DNA of 64,000 bases from Thermoanaerobaculia bacterium (GCA_963664405.1 OY761158.1:1728001-1792000); one strand, 5' to 3'; positions 9,935 to 20,300 are shown, numbered from the stretch's first letter. Program-made: numbers and translations. The notes: generated by a model not told the origin, from the letters alone.

Positions 9935-10972
9935 TCAATCGTCCTCGCTGAGCCCTTCGAGAAGCTCTGCGCGCTGCCTCTCCAACCTTGGGGTTGGCCG
10001 CTGGTAGACGTGCTCGAAGATGACGTCTGGCTCGATCACCACAGCCTCGGCAGCGGCGATCATTCGATCCATGCGTTCGTCCGCCTCTTTCACCGTCTCC
10101 GCCTCGAGCTCCTCGCTCCAAAGGCCGACCTCTTGCAGCTCGGCGCGGAAGAGGTCAATGGGGTCGTGCTCACGCGCCTCGGCGATCTCCTCCGCCGGCA
10201 CGTAGCGGGTGAGGTCGTCGGCGGTGGTGTGAGGGCCAAGCCGATAGGCCACAGCCTCGATCAAGGTCGGGCCTTCGCCGGCGAGAGCGCGCTCGCGAGC
10301 CCTCCGGGTCGCGGCGTAGACCTCGAGCACCGAGCAACCGTCGATCTTCTCACCGGGGAATCCGAAAGCAGCCGCCTTCTCTGCGAAGCTCGCCGCGGCG
10401 GTCTGCCTCCTCGCCGGCGTCGAGATCGCCCAGGAGTTGTTGTTGCACATAAAAATGACCGGTGCCTCGAGCACGCCGGCCAGATTCCCTGCTTCGTAGA
10501 AGTCACCCTCGGAGCTGGCACCGTCGCCGAAATAGGTGAGCACCACACCCTCTTCTCGCTTGAGCTTCATTCCCCAGGCCAAGCCGACGGCCTGCGGAAG
10601 CTGGGCGGCCAGAGCGATCTGCTGCGGCCAGACACGAATCGGCTCGGGAATGAATCCACCGGCGGGATCTCCACGCATGTAGCGCACGGTTCGCGCCACC
10701 ACCTCTTCGCCGAAGCGAGAGAGCCCCAGCGGCTCCCTGTATTGAGGCAAGACCCAATCCCGCTCCGGATCGAGAGCCGCCGCCGAGCCCACCACCAGAG
10801 CCTCGGCGCCGTCGATCGGCGCCATCGTTCCAGAGCGACCCTGGCGCTGCAGCGAAAAGCAGCGGGTGGAGTTGAGCCGAGCCGAGATCATCTCTCGAAG
10901 AAGCCCCTGGAGCTCGGAGTCCGAAAGATCACACTCTTGGTGAAGCTGTGCTCTTGGTTCGGTCAGCGTCAT
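9935..10972 (-). CDS. pdhA: 2-oxoacid dehydrogenase E1 alpha subunit
   Basis: TPP motif GDGASSEG...NN, YRLGPHTTADD. Confidence 0.88.
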   Translation of the reverse strand: MTLTEPRAQLHQECDLSDSELQGLLREMISARLNSTRCFSLQRQGRSGTMAPIDGAEALVVGSAAALDPERDWVLPQYREPLGLSRFGEEVVARTVRYMRGDPAGGFIPEPIRVWPQQIALAAQLPQAVGLAWGMKLKREEGVVLTYFGDGASSEGDFYEAGNLAGVLEAPVIFMCNNNSWAISTPARRQTAAASFAEKAAAFGFPGEKIDGCSVLEVYAATRRARERALAGEGPTLIEAVAYRLGPHTTADDLTRYVPAEEIAEAREHDPIDLFRAELQEVGLWSEELEAETVKEADERMDRMIAAAEAVVIEPDVIFEHVYQRPTPRLERQRAELLEGLSEDD

Positions 10973-10977
10973 TTCAG

Positions 10978-12999
10978 TCAGATTCCACTGCCGGCGGAAG
11001 GGAGCTGTTCCGTCTTCTCGACCGGCGGCACGTCGAGAGCCGGGTTTCGATCAAAGAAATTGTATGGCCTCAGCGTAAGGCTGTGCCACCCCAAGTTATA
11101 CACCGGCCAATCCTCAGCTGAAGGTACGTGATGAAAGCCAAGGGTATACCAAAGTACGATGTCCTCGTCTTCCACACTACGACGATCGGCAGTCCAGGCC
11201 GGTAGACCCTGACCTGGCGTGGACTGATTAGGGAAGTCTCCCGCGGCGTAACGCTCCTTCGGCGAATACGGCGTCACCCATAAGTGGTGGGTGGCGAAAA
11301 GCGCGCGACTCAGCGGCACATCGTCTTCATCGACCAGGGGCAGGGCATTGCCGGCAGTACGCAGGGCGTAGCTCACCGGATATCCCAGCGAGTTTTTCTT
11401 GTGCGGGTTGACTACCCGCCACAGCGCGGGCTTCTCGTAGCTGAGGCGAAACTTCGCCTCGGTATCGGTCTTCGCAATCTCCGGCTGCACCCGCCACACA
11501 CTCCGTCGTGGGCTGTGGGCCGGCAGCCTCTCCGCCACCAGCCGGTCCCGAACGAAGCTGTTGCGCACGCCATCGACATCGAGATCGAGGCGAATCGAAA
11601 AGAAGTGATCGTGGTGGATCCCTGCCCTGCCCGGAGCGACCAGGGGCCCCCAGGCGGTGTCCTCCGCCGCCGTGGGATCGTCCAGGCTCTGCGCTCGCAC
11701 CCCCTTGACCGAGTCGATACCGGTGGCGCCGCCGCGGAAGGTGAAGCTGCCTTTCTGATCCATGACCCAGTCGAAGGCGTAGTCATAATTGCCGACCGTC
11801 GCAATATGGCGCACCACCAGCTCGAGCGCGGGCCGTGACTGAATGGCCTCGGTCACGATGTCGAAGTGTCGCCACAGCGGGTCGCCGGGAGCCCGCTCGA
11901 AGATGCAGATTCGATTCTCGAGTGATTCCGGCTCGCCCGCCGCATTCGCCATCACCGGTGAAAGGAAGTGCGACGAAGCAGGGCAATCGGCGCCTGCGAC
12001 GAGTCTGGTGGCCATAATACCGATACCGTACTCACCCTCGTCCATGTAGTTGCGGTAGTACCAGCCCTCGGTCGGATCCTGGTAGGGAACGAAGATCTCG
12101 GACAGCGAGCCCTGGTAGAGAATGGAACGGGGCTCTCGCTCATCGTCCTCAGCGAAACGGAGCTGGGAGAGGACAACTCCCGAGCGCGTATCCCAACGCA
12201 GGTGAAAGGACCATTTCTGCCAGTGCACAAAAGATCCGTCGAACACCACGTTAGCGCCCAGGGGCAGAGCTTGCACTACCGGCTTCACTTCCCGCTGCCG
12301 ACCCACCGACTGCGGATCGAGCTCGCTGGGCCCGGAAGGTGTCGGCACCACTCCGAGGTCGGTCACCTCGAGCACTTCGTTGGTGTCAATATCGACGAGC
12401 GCGAAAAGGCCCTCGATCGGATTGGCGAACACATCGGTCACAATCCCGGTGGTATCAAAACAGTCGACCTTGAGGATCCGTCGCGTCATCTCCTCCGGAC
12501 GACCGAAATTTCCGGCGGTCCGCGGCGCGCAGAAGAGAGCCTCGGGGTCGGTGATGCCTCGCTTCTCCAGCCCGGTCTGGAAACGAGGGTCACTGATCGT
12601 GGCCTCCATGGCTGACAGAAACTCCGGAAGAACGACTATCGGCTGGGCGCCCGGAATCTCTTCGATCGAGGTCACTCGTCGCGCATCGAGGTCGACGGCC
12701 GCTCTGTAGGTCGAGCCCTGGTGGCGCATGATCACTTCCGCCGCGCGTGGGATCGGGCTCCCCTCGGTCCACGCCAGAACCGCCGCCTTCAAGGGCTCTT
12801 GCAGCGTGATCGAGCTGAAGAGAGTGCCTGCGTCGAAGCGAGAGGTGTCGAAGAGTAGGGCGACCGCAGCCGTGATCTCTCCGGCATCGAGGGCGTCGAG
12901 CGGGTGCTCGGCAGCCACCGAAGCATTGACACCGGCACCGAGGAGCAGGGAAAGAATCGTCGCTCCCGCTAGGCGATTCGGTGTGAGAGCTGCTCGCAT
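10978..12999 (-). CDS. tynA: Copper-containing (TPQ) primary amine oxidase, exported
   Basis: HPLDAL N-terminus, TVGNYDY topaquinone motif, HHDH and GFHH copper ligands, RPYNFFDRNP; signal peptide; ORF extends to 13032. Confidence 0.92.
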   Translation of the reverse strand: MRAALTPNRLAGATILSLLLGAGVNASVAAEHPLDALDAGEITAAVALLFDTSRFDAGTLFSSITLQEPLKAAVLAWTEGSPIPRAAEVIMRHQGSTYRAAVDLDARRVTSIEEIPGAQPIVVLPEFLSAMEATISDPRFQTGLEKRGITDPEALFCAPRTAGNFGRPEEMTRRILKVDCFDTTGIVTDVFANPIEGLFALVDIDTNEVLEVTDLGVVPTPSGPSELDPQSVGRQREVKPVVQALPLGANVVFDGSFVHWQKWSFHLRWDTRSGVVLSQLRFAEDDEREPRSILYQGSLSEIFVPYQDPTEGWYYRNYMDEGEYGIGIMATRLVAGADCPASSHFLSPVMANAAGEPESLENRICIFERAPGDPLWRHFDIVTEAIQSRPALELVVRHIATVGNYDYAFDWVMDQKGSFTFRGGATGIDSVKGVRAQSLDDPTAAEDTAWGPLVAPGRAGIHHDHFFSIRLDLDVDGVRNSFVRDRLVAERLPAHSPRRSVWRVQPEIAKTDTEAKFRLSYEKPALWRVVNPHKKNSLGYPVSYALRTAGNALPLVDEDDVPLSRALFATHHLWVTPYSPKERYAAGDFPNQSTPGQGLPAWTADRRSVEDEDIVLWYTLGFHHVPSAEDWPVYNLGWHSLTLRPYNFFDRNPALDVPPVEKTEQLPSAGSGI

Positions 13000-13149
13000 C
13001 TGAACCTCAGGACCGCATGGACGAGTCTTCACTTTATCGCAAGAGGCCCCTCCTGGGCGCGACCGACACCGTTCTAGTAGGATGGGTAGATTCAGCCAAC
13101 AGGAACCCGCGAGCCATCACGCCCGCCGCTCCGTACCAGGGAGAGAACG

Positions 13150-14259
13150 ATGAAGATGAGAGCTCCAGTCACCGCCATCCTTTCACTGCTCCTGCTCTGT
13201 GCCCCGATCGCATATGCCGCGAACGCGGACCTGGGCTCGGCAGCCAAAACCGGCGCCGCCGAACTCGAGTCCGCCGGTCCCCTCGCATTCGGGCCTGACG
13301 GTATTCTCTTTGTCGGCGATACGAAAGCTGCGGCGATCTACGCCATCGACACCGGCGATCGCAAGGGAGCCACCAAGGCGGGCGCTCTCAACCTCGAAGG
13401 TGTGACAGCCAAGCTCGCGGCCCTGGCCGGCACAACGGAGGACGGCATCCGGATCAACGATCTCGCGGTCAACCCACTTTCGAAGAAGGCCTACCTCTCG
13501 GCCTCGCGGGGGCAGGGTGACAACGCACGCCCCGCCATCTTCACTGTCAGCCCCAACGGCGACATCGACCTCCTCTCACTCTCGAAGGTGCGCTACGCCA
13601 GGGCCACGCTCACGGACGTCCCAGATCACAGTGCAAAAGACCGGCGCGATCGCAGTCTGCGCGTAGAGTCGATCACCGATCTCGCCTACGTCGACGGTCA
13701 GCTCCTGGTTACCGGCCTCTCCAACGAAGAGTTCTCCTCGCGGCTGCGCTCGCTCGAGTTCCCCTTCCAACAGATCGCTCCCGGAACCACAATCGAGATC
13801 TACCACGGTTCTCACGGACGCTGGGAGACCAACGCCCCGATACGAGCTTTTGCCACCTATGACATCGGCACAGCTCCTCACGTGCTTGCCGCCTATACCT
13901 GCACCCCGCTGGTGAAGTTCTCACTCGAAGAGCTGGCGATGGCCGACAGGGTAACGGGCACCACGGTCGCCGAGCTCGGGAACCGTAACCGTCCCCTCGA
14001 CATGGTCGTCTACACTCAGGGCGGTAGGGACTATCTGCTGACCTCCAATAGCGCCAGAGGGGTGATGAAGATCGACCTCGCCGAAGCGGAGAAGACCGCG
14101 GCGATCACCGATCGCGTTCCGGACAAAGCCGGTCTAGCCTACGAGACGCTCACCGACCTAGAAGGGGTAGTGCAGCTCGACCGCTACGACAAAGATCACG
14201 CTCTGATCTTGATCGCGGGCGACTCGGGGCAGGACCTGCGCACGATTCCCCTGCCTTGA
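13150..14259 (+). CDS. Secreted hypothetical protein, probable beta-propeller
   Basis: Signal peptide; GPLAFGPDGILFVGD blade-like repeats; IEIYHGSHGRWET, YTCTPLV, ELGNRNRP. Confidence 0.72.
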   Translation: MKMRAPVTAILSLLLLCAPIAYAANADLGSAAKTGAAELESAGPLAFGPDGILFVGDTKAAAIYAIDTGDRKGATKAGALNLEGVTAKLAALAGTTEDGIRINDLAVNPLSKKAYLSASRGQGDNARPAIFTVSPNGDIDLLSLSKVRYARATLTDVPDHSAKDRRDRSLRVESITDLAYVDGQLLVTGLSNEEFSSRLRSLEFPFQQIAPGTTIEIYHGSHGRWETNAPIRAFATYDIGTAPHVLAAYTCTPLVKFSLEELAMADRVTGTTVAELGNRNRPLDMVVYTQGGRDYLLTSNSARGVMKIDLAEAEKTAAITDRVPDKAGLAYETLTDLEGVVQLDRYDKDHALILIAGDSGQDLRTIPLP

Positions 14260-15428
14260 ACGGAGTCGCGGTGGAGGCAAGGCGAGCCACGGCAGCCTTC
14301 GCCCTCCTCTGCTCTGCGACGGCAGCCGTCGCGGAGGCGGAGGTGCGCCTGGAGCTCGTAGGGGGTGGCGACGAAGCCTCTTTCGCCGTTGTCGGTCTGG
14401 CGCCGGCGCTTCTCGAAGCCACTAGCCTTGGGAGTCTCTCTACTCGAGAGTGGCAGTCTTTTTTCTCTGTGCATGTCGACAGAGTGGAGAGTCCCGCATT
14501 GCTGGGGGATTACAGCGCCGACTCGACCGGTCTTCATCTCCGCCCCGCCTTCCCGCCGGAGCCCGGGGTGCGATACCAGCTGGTGTTCGAGCCGGGAATC
14601 CTCGCCGACCTCGTTGGCCACCCGCAAGAGGTCGATCGCCGCCTGACCCGAGAGCTCCTGATCCCCTTCGACGCCCCGCAATCCACAACCGTCGTGGAGA
14701 TGATCTACCCGAGCACGGACCTGCTGCCGGAGAACCTGCTGAAGATGTACCTGCACTTCAGCGCACCGATGAGCCAGGGGGACTCGTACCGCTACATCTC
14801 GATCCTCGATAGCCAGGGGGAAGTCGAAGAGCTCTCATTTCTCGAGCTCGAGGAAGAGCTCTGGGATCCTCGCGGCCGGCGCCTCACCCTCCTCTTCGAC
14901 CCCGGTCGGCTGAAGCGAGGGCTACGCCCCCACCGTGACATCGGACCGGCTCTCGAGTCGGGCTTCGACTTCGCCCTGCGCATCGACCCCTCCTGGCCCG
15001 ACGCCCGAGGCGCTCCTCTCGTCGCCGAGTACCAAAAAAGGTTCCGGGCGCGCCCGCCTGATCGCAAATCTCCCGACCCCAAGCGCTGGAGGGTAGAGCC
15101 GCCATCGGGGCACAGTTTCGAAGCGCTTACCGTCCACTTGGACGAGCCGCTGGACCACGCTCTGCTCCACCGCCACCTGACGTTGGAGGACGCCGGAGGA
15201 AAGATCGTCGACGGCCGGATCGAGGTAGGCGAGGAAGAGCGGTCGTGGAGATTCTTTGCCAAAAAAGCGTGGACTCCGGGGCGCTATCAGCTACGGGTCA
15301 ACCCCCGCCTCGAAGATCTCGCCGGCAACCGCGTCAGCCGACTCTTCGAGGTAGACCTCACCGAGGTGCCCACCGTGGCGCCTAGCGCGGCAGAGCTGAG
15401 CATCGAAGTCGTTATCGTGGCTCCCTAG
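14256..15428 (+). CDS. Secreted hypothetical protein with Ig-like repeats
   Basis: 4-bp overlap with upstream gene; LHFSAPM, HLDEPLD, LEDLAGN Ig-like signatures. Confidence 0.7.
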   Translation: MNGVAVEARRATAAFALLCSATAAVAEAEVRLELVGGGDEASFAVVGLAPALLEATSLGSLSTREWQSFFSVHVDRVESPALLGDYSADSTGLHLRPAFPPEPGVRYQLVFEPGILADLVGHPQEVDRRLTRELLIPFDAPQSTTVVEMIYPSTDLLPENLLKMYLHFSAPMSQGDSYRYISILDSQGEVEELSFLELEEELWDPRGRRLTLLFDPGRLKRGLRPHRDIGPALESGFDFALRIDPSWPDARGAPLVAEYQKRFRARPPDRKSPDPKRWRVEPPSGHSFEALTVHLDEPLDHALLHRHLTLEDAGGKIVDGRIEVGEEERSWRFFAKKAWTPGRYQLRVNPRLEDLAGNRVSRLFEVDLTEVPTVAPSAAELSIEVVIVAP

Positions 15429-15625
15429 GGCCGGCCGTCCAGGGCGCCGCAGCCGAGTTGACCGTTTCCAATCCCGCTCGCTACACTGCGACATCGTTGC
15501 TCTGGAGCGTCGCCTGATGGAATTGAGTGCAGAGCCAAGCCAGTTTCACGACCAATACATCGCAGCTCAGCCGTTTCCACATATCGTCTTCGATCACCTC
15601 TTTTCCAAAGAGGAGTGGTAGCCCG

Positions 15626-16660
15626 ATGAATACGACCCCGAGCCTAGTCTTCATCATGCCCGCCACCTCACTGCACGGGGGCAATCGGATCGTCTTCGAG
15701 TTTGCCGAGCGCCTTGAAGACCGCGGATACCGAGTCAAGGTGGTCAGTCCAGAGCCGGCACCGGATTGGCATCCGGTGAGGATCCCTTACCAGCAAGTGC
15801 CGATCTACGAGCCAGGGGCGATCGCGCCTGCCGACATCGCGATCGGCACCTATTACCCGACGATGCACCCAGCCATGGGGTCGGGCTCGAAGCACGTCTT
15901 TCATCTCTGCCAGGGGTACGAAGGCGTGCATCGGGAGTTTGCACCCAAGATGCCCGAAATCGATGCCGCCTACAACCTGCCGGTGCCGAAAATATTGATC
16001 GCCCGGCATCTGAAGCCTGTGCTGGAGGACAAGTATGGATGCCGGTGTCATGTTATCGGGCAAGGGATCGATCGTCAGGTTTTCCACCCGCGCCCATTTG
16101 TCGAACAGGGTGGGCCATTGCGAGTCGGGGTAGTCGGGACATTCGGGATTCGCCCGAAAGGCATCCACGAGCTGCTCGAAGGATTCAGGCTAGCGCGAGC
16201 CGAGGGGATCGAGCTCGAGGTGTTCCACGCCTCGGCGGAGCCGCTCCTCGAACAAGAAGAGAGTGAAGGCATTACCGATCATTTCTTCCATCATCTTCCG
16301 ACCTCGGAGATGCCGAGCTTCTACCATCGACTCGACGCCTACTTTCATCCGTCCCACGACGAAGAGGGGTTTCCACTGCCACCGTTGGAAGCGATGGCCT
16401 GCGGCGTACCTGTGGCTCTGACTACGATTCGTCCATTCGCGATCCTGCCCGACGATTGCGTGCTGCGATTTCCGCCAGGAAAGCCTTCGGCGGTAGTGCC
16501 CATCGTTCGACGGCTGCTCTCGAAGGAATTGCGCCAAAGGTTGCGTGACGCCGCGTTGGTCGCTCTGGAGGAGTTTTCCTTCGACCGGGTCATCGACCGC
16601 ATGGAGGCTGCGTTTTCCGCCGAGGGAGCCCCCACCGCTTCGCGAGAGGCTGTCGGCTGA
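15626..16660 (+). CDS. Glycosyltransferase family 4
   Basis: HGGNRIVFE, EGFPLPPLEAMACG (E-x7-E); GAGGAG RBS. Confidence 0.85.
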   Translation: MNTTPSLVFIMPATSLHGGNRIVFEFAERLEDRGYRVKVVSPEPAPDWHPVRIPYQQVPIYEPGAIAPADIAIGTYYPTMHPAMGSGSKHVFHLCQGYEGVHREFAPKMPEIDAAYNLPVPKILIARHLKPVLEDKYGCRCHVIGQGIDRQVFHPRPFVEQGGPLRVGVVGTFGIRPKGIHELLEGFRLARAEGIELEVFHASAEPLLEQEESEGITDHFFHHLPTSEMPSFYHRLDAYFHPSHDEEGFPLPPLEAMACGVPVALTTIRPFAILPDDCVLRFPPGKPSAVVPIVRRLLSKELRQRLRDAALVALEEFSFDRVIDRMEAAFSAEGAPTASREAVG

Positions 16661-16664
16661 CCCA

Positions 16665-17366
16665 CTAATAGCTGTCGTGCCTTCGAAGCCAAGCCATTGA
16701 CCAGGGGAGCTCGCTCTCGTCACGCCCCTTGGGCGCCATGTCCAGGTAATGGTAGGCGGCGTTCAGCCGATCGAGACCTCGAGCGTAGGTCGAATAGGTG
16801 TGGTACACAACGCCGCCGTCGTCTTTGTAGAAAACACTCATCCCCGGCATCTCGTCGCCGAAAGAGCTAGTCCGGCGGTAGTTGTAGTAGGTCTCGCCCT
16901 TCTCCACTTCCTCACTGGTGGCGGAAACGTGGAAGTCGCGATTGAACTCGTTCTGCGCCGACGACAGCCACTTGAAGCTCCACCCCATGCGCTCGCGATA
17001 GGCCTGGAGCTTGGCCAGAGGAGCCTTGGAGATCGCAACCATGCTCACATCGCGATGCTCGAGGTGGACGACCAGGGGATCCCAGCCGTCGGCCCAGAAA
17101 GAGCAACTGGGGCAACCTTCGTCCCAGCTCTCGCCATACATGAAGTGCTGCACGATGAGCTGGCTACGCCCTGCAAAGAGATCCGCCAAGTTCTCTTCTC
17201 CATCGGGGCCGGAAAAGACGTAACTCTCTTCTACCCTTACCCAAGGTAGCGAGCGCAGCGACTCGGCCAATGCGTCGCGCTGGCGATCGAGGGCCTTCTC
17301 CTTCTCGAGGTGGGTTTTGCGAGCAGCGGTCCACTCTTCTCTAGAAACGACTGGGTGGTTGGGCAT
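16665..17366 (-). CDS. DUF899 thioredoxin-like protein
   Basis: LADLFAGRSQLIVQHFM, GCPSCS, HTYSTYARG, PKGRDE. Confidence 0.9.
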   Translation of the reverse strand: MPNHPVVSREEWTAARKTHLEKEKALDRQRDALAESLRSLPWVRVEESYVFSGPDGEENLADLFAGRSQLIVQHFMYGESWDEGCPSCSFWADGWDPLVVHLEHRDVSMVAISKAPLAKLQAYRERMGWSFKWLSSAQNEFNRDFHVSATSEEVEKGETYYNYRRTSSFGDEMPGMSVFYKDDGGVVYHTYSTYARGLDRLNAAYHYLDMAPKGRDESELPWSMAWLRRHDSY

Positions 17367-17449
17367 GGACTCTCCCTCTCTCGGGTTAGGATCGACTCTC
17401 TCGGAGGCCTTCTAGACTAATAGACGAACGTCGAGGATCGAAATCGACC

Positions 17450-17917
17450 ATGCCAAGCCGACGCGGATCAATTGCCATGACTCTGGAAGAGCAGGCGCAG
17501 TACCTGGAAGAAGGCCGCAGCCTCCAGGTCGCTTCAAACGGGCCTCGCGGATACCCCCACCTGGTGGCGATGTGGTACGTGGTGGATGACGGGGACATCG
17601 TCTTCACCACCTTCGCCAAGTCTCAAAAGGTGCTCAACCTGCAACGCGATCCGAAAATCACCTGCATGCTCGAGAGCGGCGTTGGTTATGCCGAGCTCCG
17701 CGGACTGGTGATCGAAGGTGACGCGCTGGTCATCGTCGACGACGCCGATCTCACGGCCCATTACATGGCACAGGTTCGGGTCAAGCACAGCGGTGACCCC
17801 ACCAAAGCCGTTCCCGACGAGGCCCAGCTGAAGGCCGCCACGAAACGAGCAGTGGTACGAATCAAGCCAAAGCGCGTCTACTCCTGGGATCACAGCAAGC
17901 TAGGCGGCCTCTATTAG
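17450..17917 (+). CDS. Pyridoxamine 5'-phosphate oxidase-like (split-barrel flavin/F420-binding) protein
   Basis: PHLVAMWY, KSQKVLNLQRDP, YAELRG, SWDHSKL. Confidence 0.85.
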   Translation: MPSRRGSIAMTLEEQAQYLEEGRSLQVASNGPRGYPHLVAMWYVVDDGDIVFTTFAKSQKVLNLQRDPKITCMLESGVGYAELRGLVIEGDALVIVDDADLTAHYMAQVRVKHSGDPTKAVPDEAQLKAATKRAVVRIKPKRVYSWDHSKLGGLY

Positions 17918-17980
17918 CTCCGGAAGTGCTATGTAGCACTTCCGGAGCTAACATTCTGTTGGCGCCGCGGACGGCGCGCG
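17914..17980. repeat. REP-like unit: perfect 18-bp-arm palindrome plus GCGCCG-CGGA-CGGCGC hairpin
   Basis: TTAGCTCCGGAAGTGCTA-TG-TAGCACTTCCGGAGCTAA then TTGGCGCCGCGGACGGCGC; lies between convergent genes. Confidence 0.75.
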
Positions 17981-18014
17981 TCGCACGTCCGCAGACGGAC
18001 GCGCTCCCTAGCCT

Positions 18015-18794
18015 CTAGTCACTCTCGACCGAAATATCCTCGACCGTCACCTGAACCGGCTCGGCGTCATCATCGAGCCCGGCGAGCCATAGACAGACGC
18101 TGTTGAAGGTGCCGGCGACGGGGTCGCGGCGGAAGCGGTAGTCGGCGGCGACCACTACCGGTGGCCCTCCGTCGATCGAGGCTTCCATATCGTAAGTGCC
18201 TCGCTTCGGGTCCAGAGTGGCCGTCATGGTGTATGTGGCGTCGCCCAAAAAAGGCACCAGATTCTCGGCTTCGAAGGTGCCGTCGCCGAGGCCATCACCG
18301 TCACGACCCATGATCTTGCCCTGTGACCCGCGGAGGTAGAGCATCGCCCCAATCGACTGAAAGAACGGCCAAGGATGACCGTTCTTTGAGTAGTTGGCGC
18401 TGTCATCGACGCTCAGCGAGAAGTTGGGAGGCATTCCGGACTTCATATTGTCGACGCGCACTCGGATCTTGATCGAGAAAACGTCGTCCTGCGGCGGGAT
18501 CGGCACCCACGCCCAGCGATTGACGCGGTAACGATCGCCCTTCATTACGATCTCGCCATCCACCACCTCGAAGTAGTCGGCCCCCACAAGAGCACCCGAG
18601 GCGGGCTGGATGGTGGACCAACCGCAATTCCCGTCGAGCGCTCCCGGGCTCAGCTTCGCAAGATTGAGTGGGTCACAGCCTCCAGGGCCCCGCGACTGCG
18701 AGAAAAGAACCGACACCGCGAGCAGAACCCTACCGACCACGATTCCGAGTAGGGACAAAGGCCTTCTGACGTCCCGTCTCGAGCTCACTTCCAC
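18015..18794 (-). CDS. Hypothetical exported protein, beta-rich
   Basis: 259-aa ORF with N-terminal hydrophobic segment; no family recognised. Confidence 0.55.
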   Translation of the reverse strand: MEVSSRRDVRRPLSLLGIVVGRVLLAVSVLFSQSRGPGGCDPLNLAKLSPGALDGNCGWSTIQPASGALVGADYFEVVDGEIVMKGDRYRVNRWAWVPIPPQDDVFSIKIRVRVDNMKSGMPPNFSLSVDDSANYSKNGHPWPFFQSIGAMLYLRGSQGKIMGRDGDGLGDGTFEAENLVPFLGDATYTMTATLDPKRGTYDMEASIDGGPPVVVAADYRFRRDPVAGTFNSVCLWLAGLDDDAEPVQVTVEDISVESD

Positions 18795-18881
18795 CCTCTG
18801 CAGCTCAGTACCTGAAGTTCTTGAACCCGCAGACGAAGAGAGCGCGGATCGGATTCCCGAAGAGGCAGAGGCATGGCACTT

Positions 18882-19784
18882 TCACGCCACCGGCTCCTCA
18901 GCTGGCTGACAAGAATCTTGGCACCAACGACTCAACCAACGACGGGCGAGGTCAGGAAAATCGGTGAAGACTCCGTCAACGCCGTATTCGCCGAAAAAGA
19001 GTGCCAGTTCGTCGTCGAAGGTGGAAAAGTGCCCAGGCAGATCGTCGGCCCTGAAAGTGTAGGCGTGGACAGCAAGCCTTCGTTGATGCGCCCACTCTGC
19101 CAGGCGCGGGTTCGCTTCCAACAAACTCTTCGCCAGTCCGATCGCGTTGGCAAAACCTGAGATCTCGTCGAGAAGGGCTTCGCTCACCTCGTCGCTGCCG
19201 CCGAGGAGACGCACCTGGGGCAGACGCGAGCCCAAGCGGCGCAACCTTTCCAAGGGCTCCGACTCGAAACATTGCACGAAGATGCGGGCATCCCCTCCGT
19301 CGTATCCATGAGCCTGCACAATCTCGAGGAAGTCCTGCTCCATCGGCAGATCGTTCTGACGATGCCAGGCAGGAGCCTTTAGCTCGGGGTAGATCCCCAC
19401 GTCGCGACCGGTCGTAAGGTTGAGACCTTGCACCAGCTCGATCATCTCTTCGAAGGTAGGGACTTCAAAGCGGGCTGCCGAAGCGCGGGGGAAACGCCCC
19501 TCCAATCGCTCGTGCACACGCAGACATCGGATCTCCTCGAGGCTGAGATCAGCCGCATACCATCGGCCATCTTCTCGCCGCGCCTCGGGGAAGACCTCAC
19601 GGACATCGGTGGTGGCCTCCAGATAGATGTCGTGAAGGCAGATGAAAGCACCGTCCCGCGTCCGCACGAGGTCCGGCTCGATGAAGTCTGCGCCCAGCGA
19701 GTGAGCCACGGCGTACGCCGGAAGCGTGTGCTCGGGCAGATAGCCGCTGGCGCCGCGGTGGCCGACAACGATCTGCTCGCTCAT
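18882..19784 (-). CDS. glpQ: Glycerophosphodiester phosphodiesterase
   Basis: GHRGASGYLPEHT, IEPDLV, GIYPELK, GVFTDFPD. Confidence 0.92.
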   Translation of the reverse strand: MSEQIVVGHRGASGYLPEHTLPAYAVAHSLGADFIEPDLVRTRDGAFICLHDIYLEATTDVREVFPEARREDGRWYAADLSLEEIRCLRVHERLEGRFPRASAARFEVPTFEEMIELVQGLNLTTGRDVGIYPELKAPAWHRQNDLPMEQDFLEIVQAHGYDGGDARIFVQCFESEPLERLRRLGSRLPQVRLLGGSDEVSEALLDEISGFANAIGLAKSLLEANPRLAEWAHQRRLAVHAYTFRADDLPGHFSTFDDELALFFGEYGVDGVFTDFPDLARRWLSRWCQDSCQPAEEPVA

Positions 19785-19945
19785 AGGTCGAATTGCACTA
19801 TGGACACAGCCCCTGTCTCACAGTCCTGATCAAGGCCCCTACCCAATAGAACGCAGTCTGCGAGTGTACCCATGATCCGCTGTCGATTCTCCGCTCCTAT
19901 CTTCGTCTATTGGGAGAACGGCCACAAACCAAAAGGAGAAAACAG

Positions 19946-20299
19946 ATGTCCCAATTCATTCTTCTGCTCCATGAGCGCACCACCGACTTCAGTGGAATGT
20001 CCCCCGAGGAAATGCAGAGCGTCATCGCCGAGTACAGCGCCTGGAGCCAACAGATGGCGGAGGCCGGCAACCTCGTCGGGGGGCACAAGCTCACCGCCGA
20101 CAATGGCCGCCGACTGTCCGGTTGGGAAGGAGAGTTCTCCGCCACCGATGGACCCCACGCGGAAGCCAAGGAAGTCATCGGCGGCCTCTTTCACATCAAC
20201 GCCGAGGACTACGACTCGGCAGTCGAGCTCTGTCGCAGCTGCCCCCATCTCAAATACGGTGGCCGGATCGAGCTCCGCCAGATCGATCTGATCGACTGA
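19946..20299 (+). CDS. YciI/DGPF-family protein
   Basis: TDGPHAEAKEVIGG; AAGGAG RBS; upstream of an ECF sigma gene. Confidence 0.85.
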   Translation: MSQFILLLHERTTDFSGMSPEEMQSVIAEYSAWSQQMAEAGNLVGGHKLTADNGRRLSGWEGEFSATDGPHAEAKEVIGGLFHINAEDYDSAVELCRSCPHLKYGGRIELRQIDLID

Positions 20300-20300
20300 G

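Noticed and set aside
6301-11131. Long plus-strand ORFs (6301..7440, 9899..11131) opposite the dehydrogenase operon
   Set aside because: Arg-rich antisense shadows of well-supported genes.
15626-16660. Lone GT4 as a horizontally acquired island
   Set aside because: Only slightly lower GC by eye, with no flanking mobility signals.
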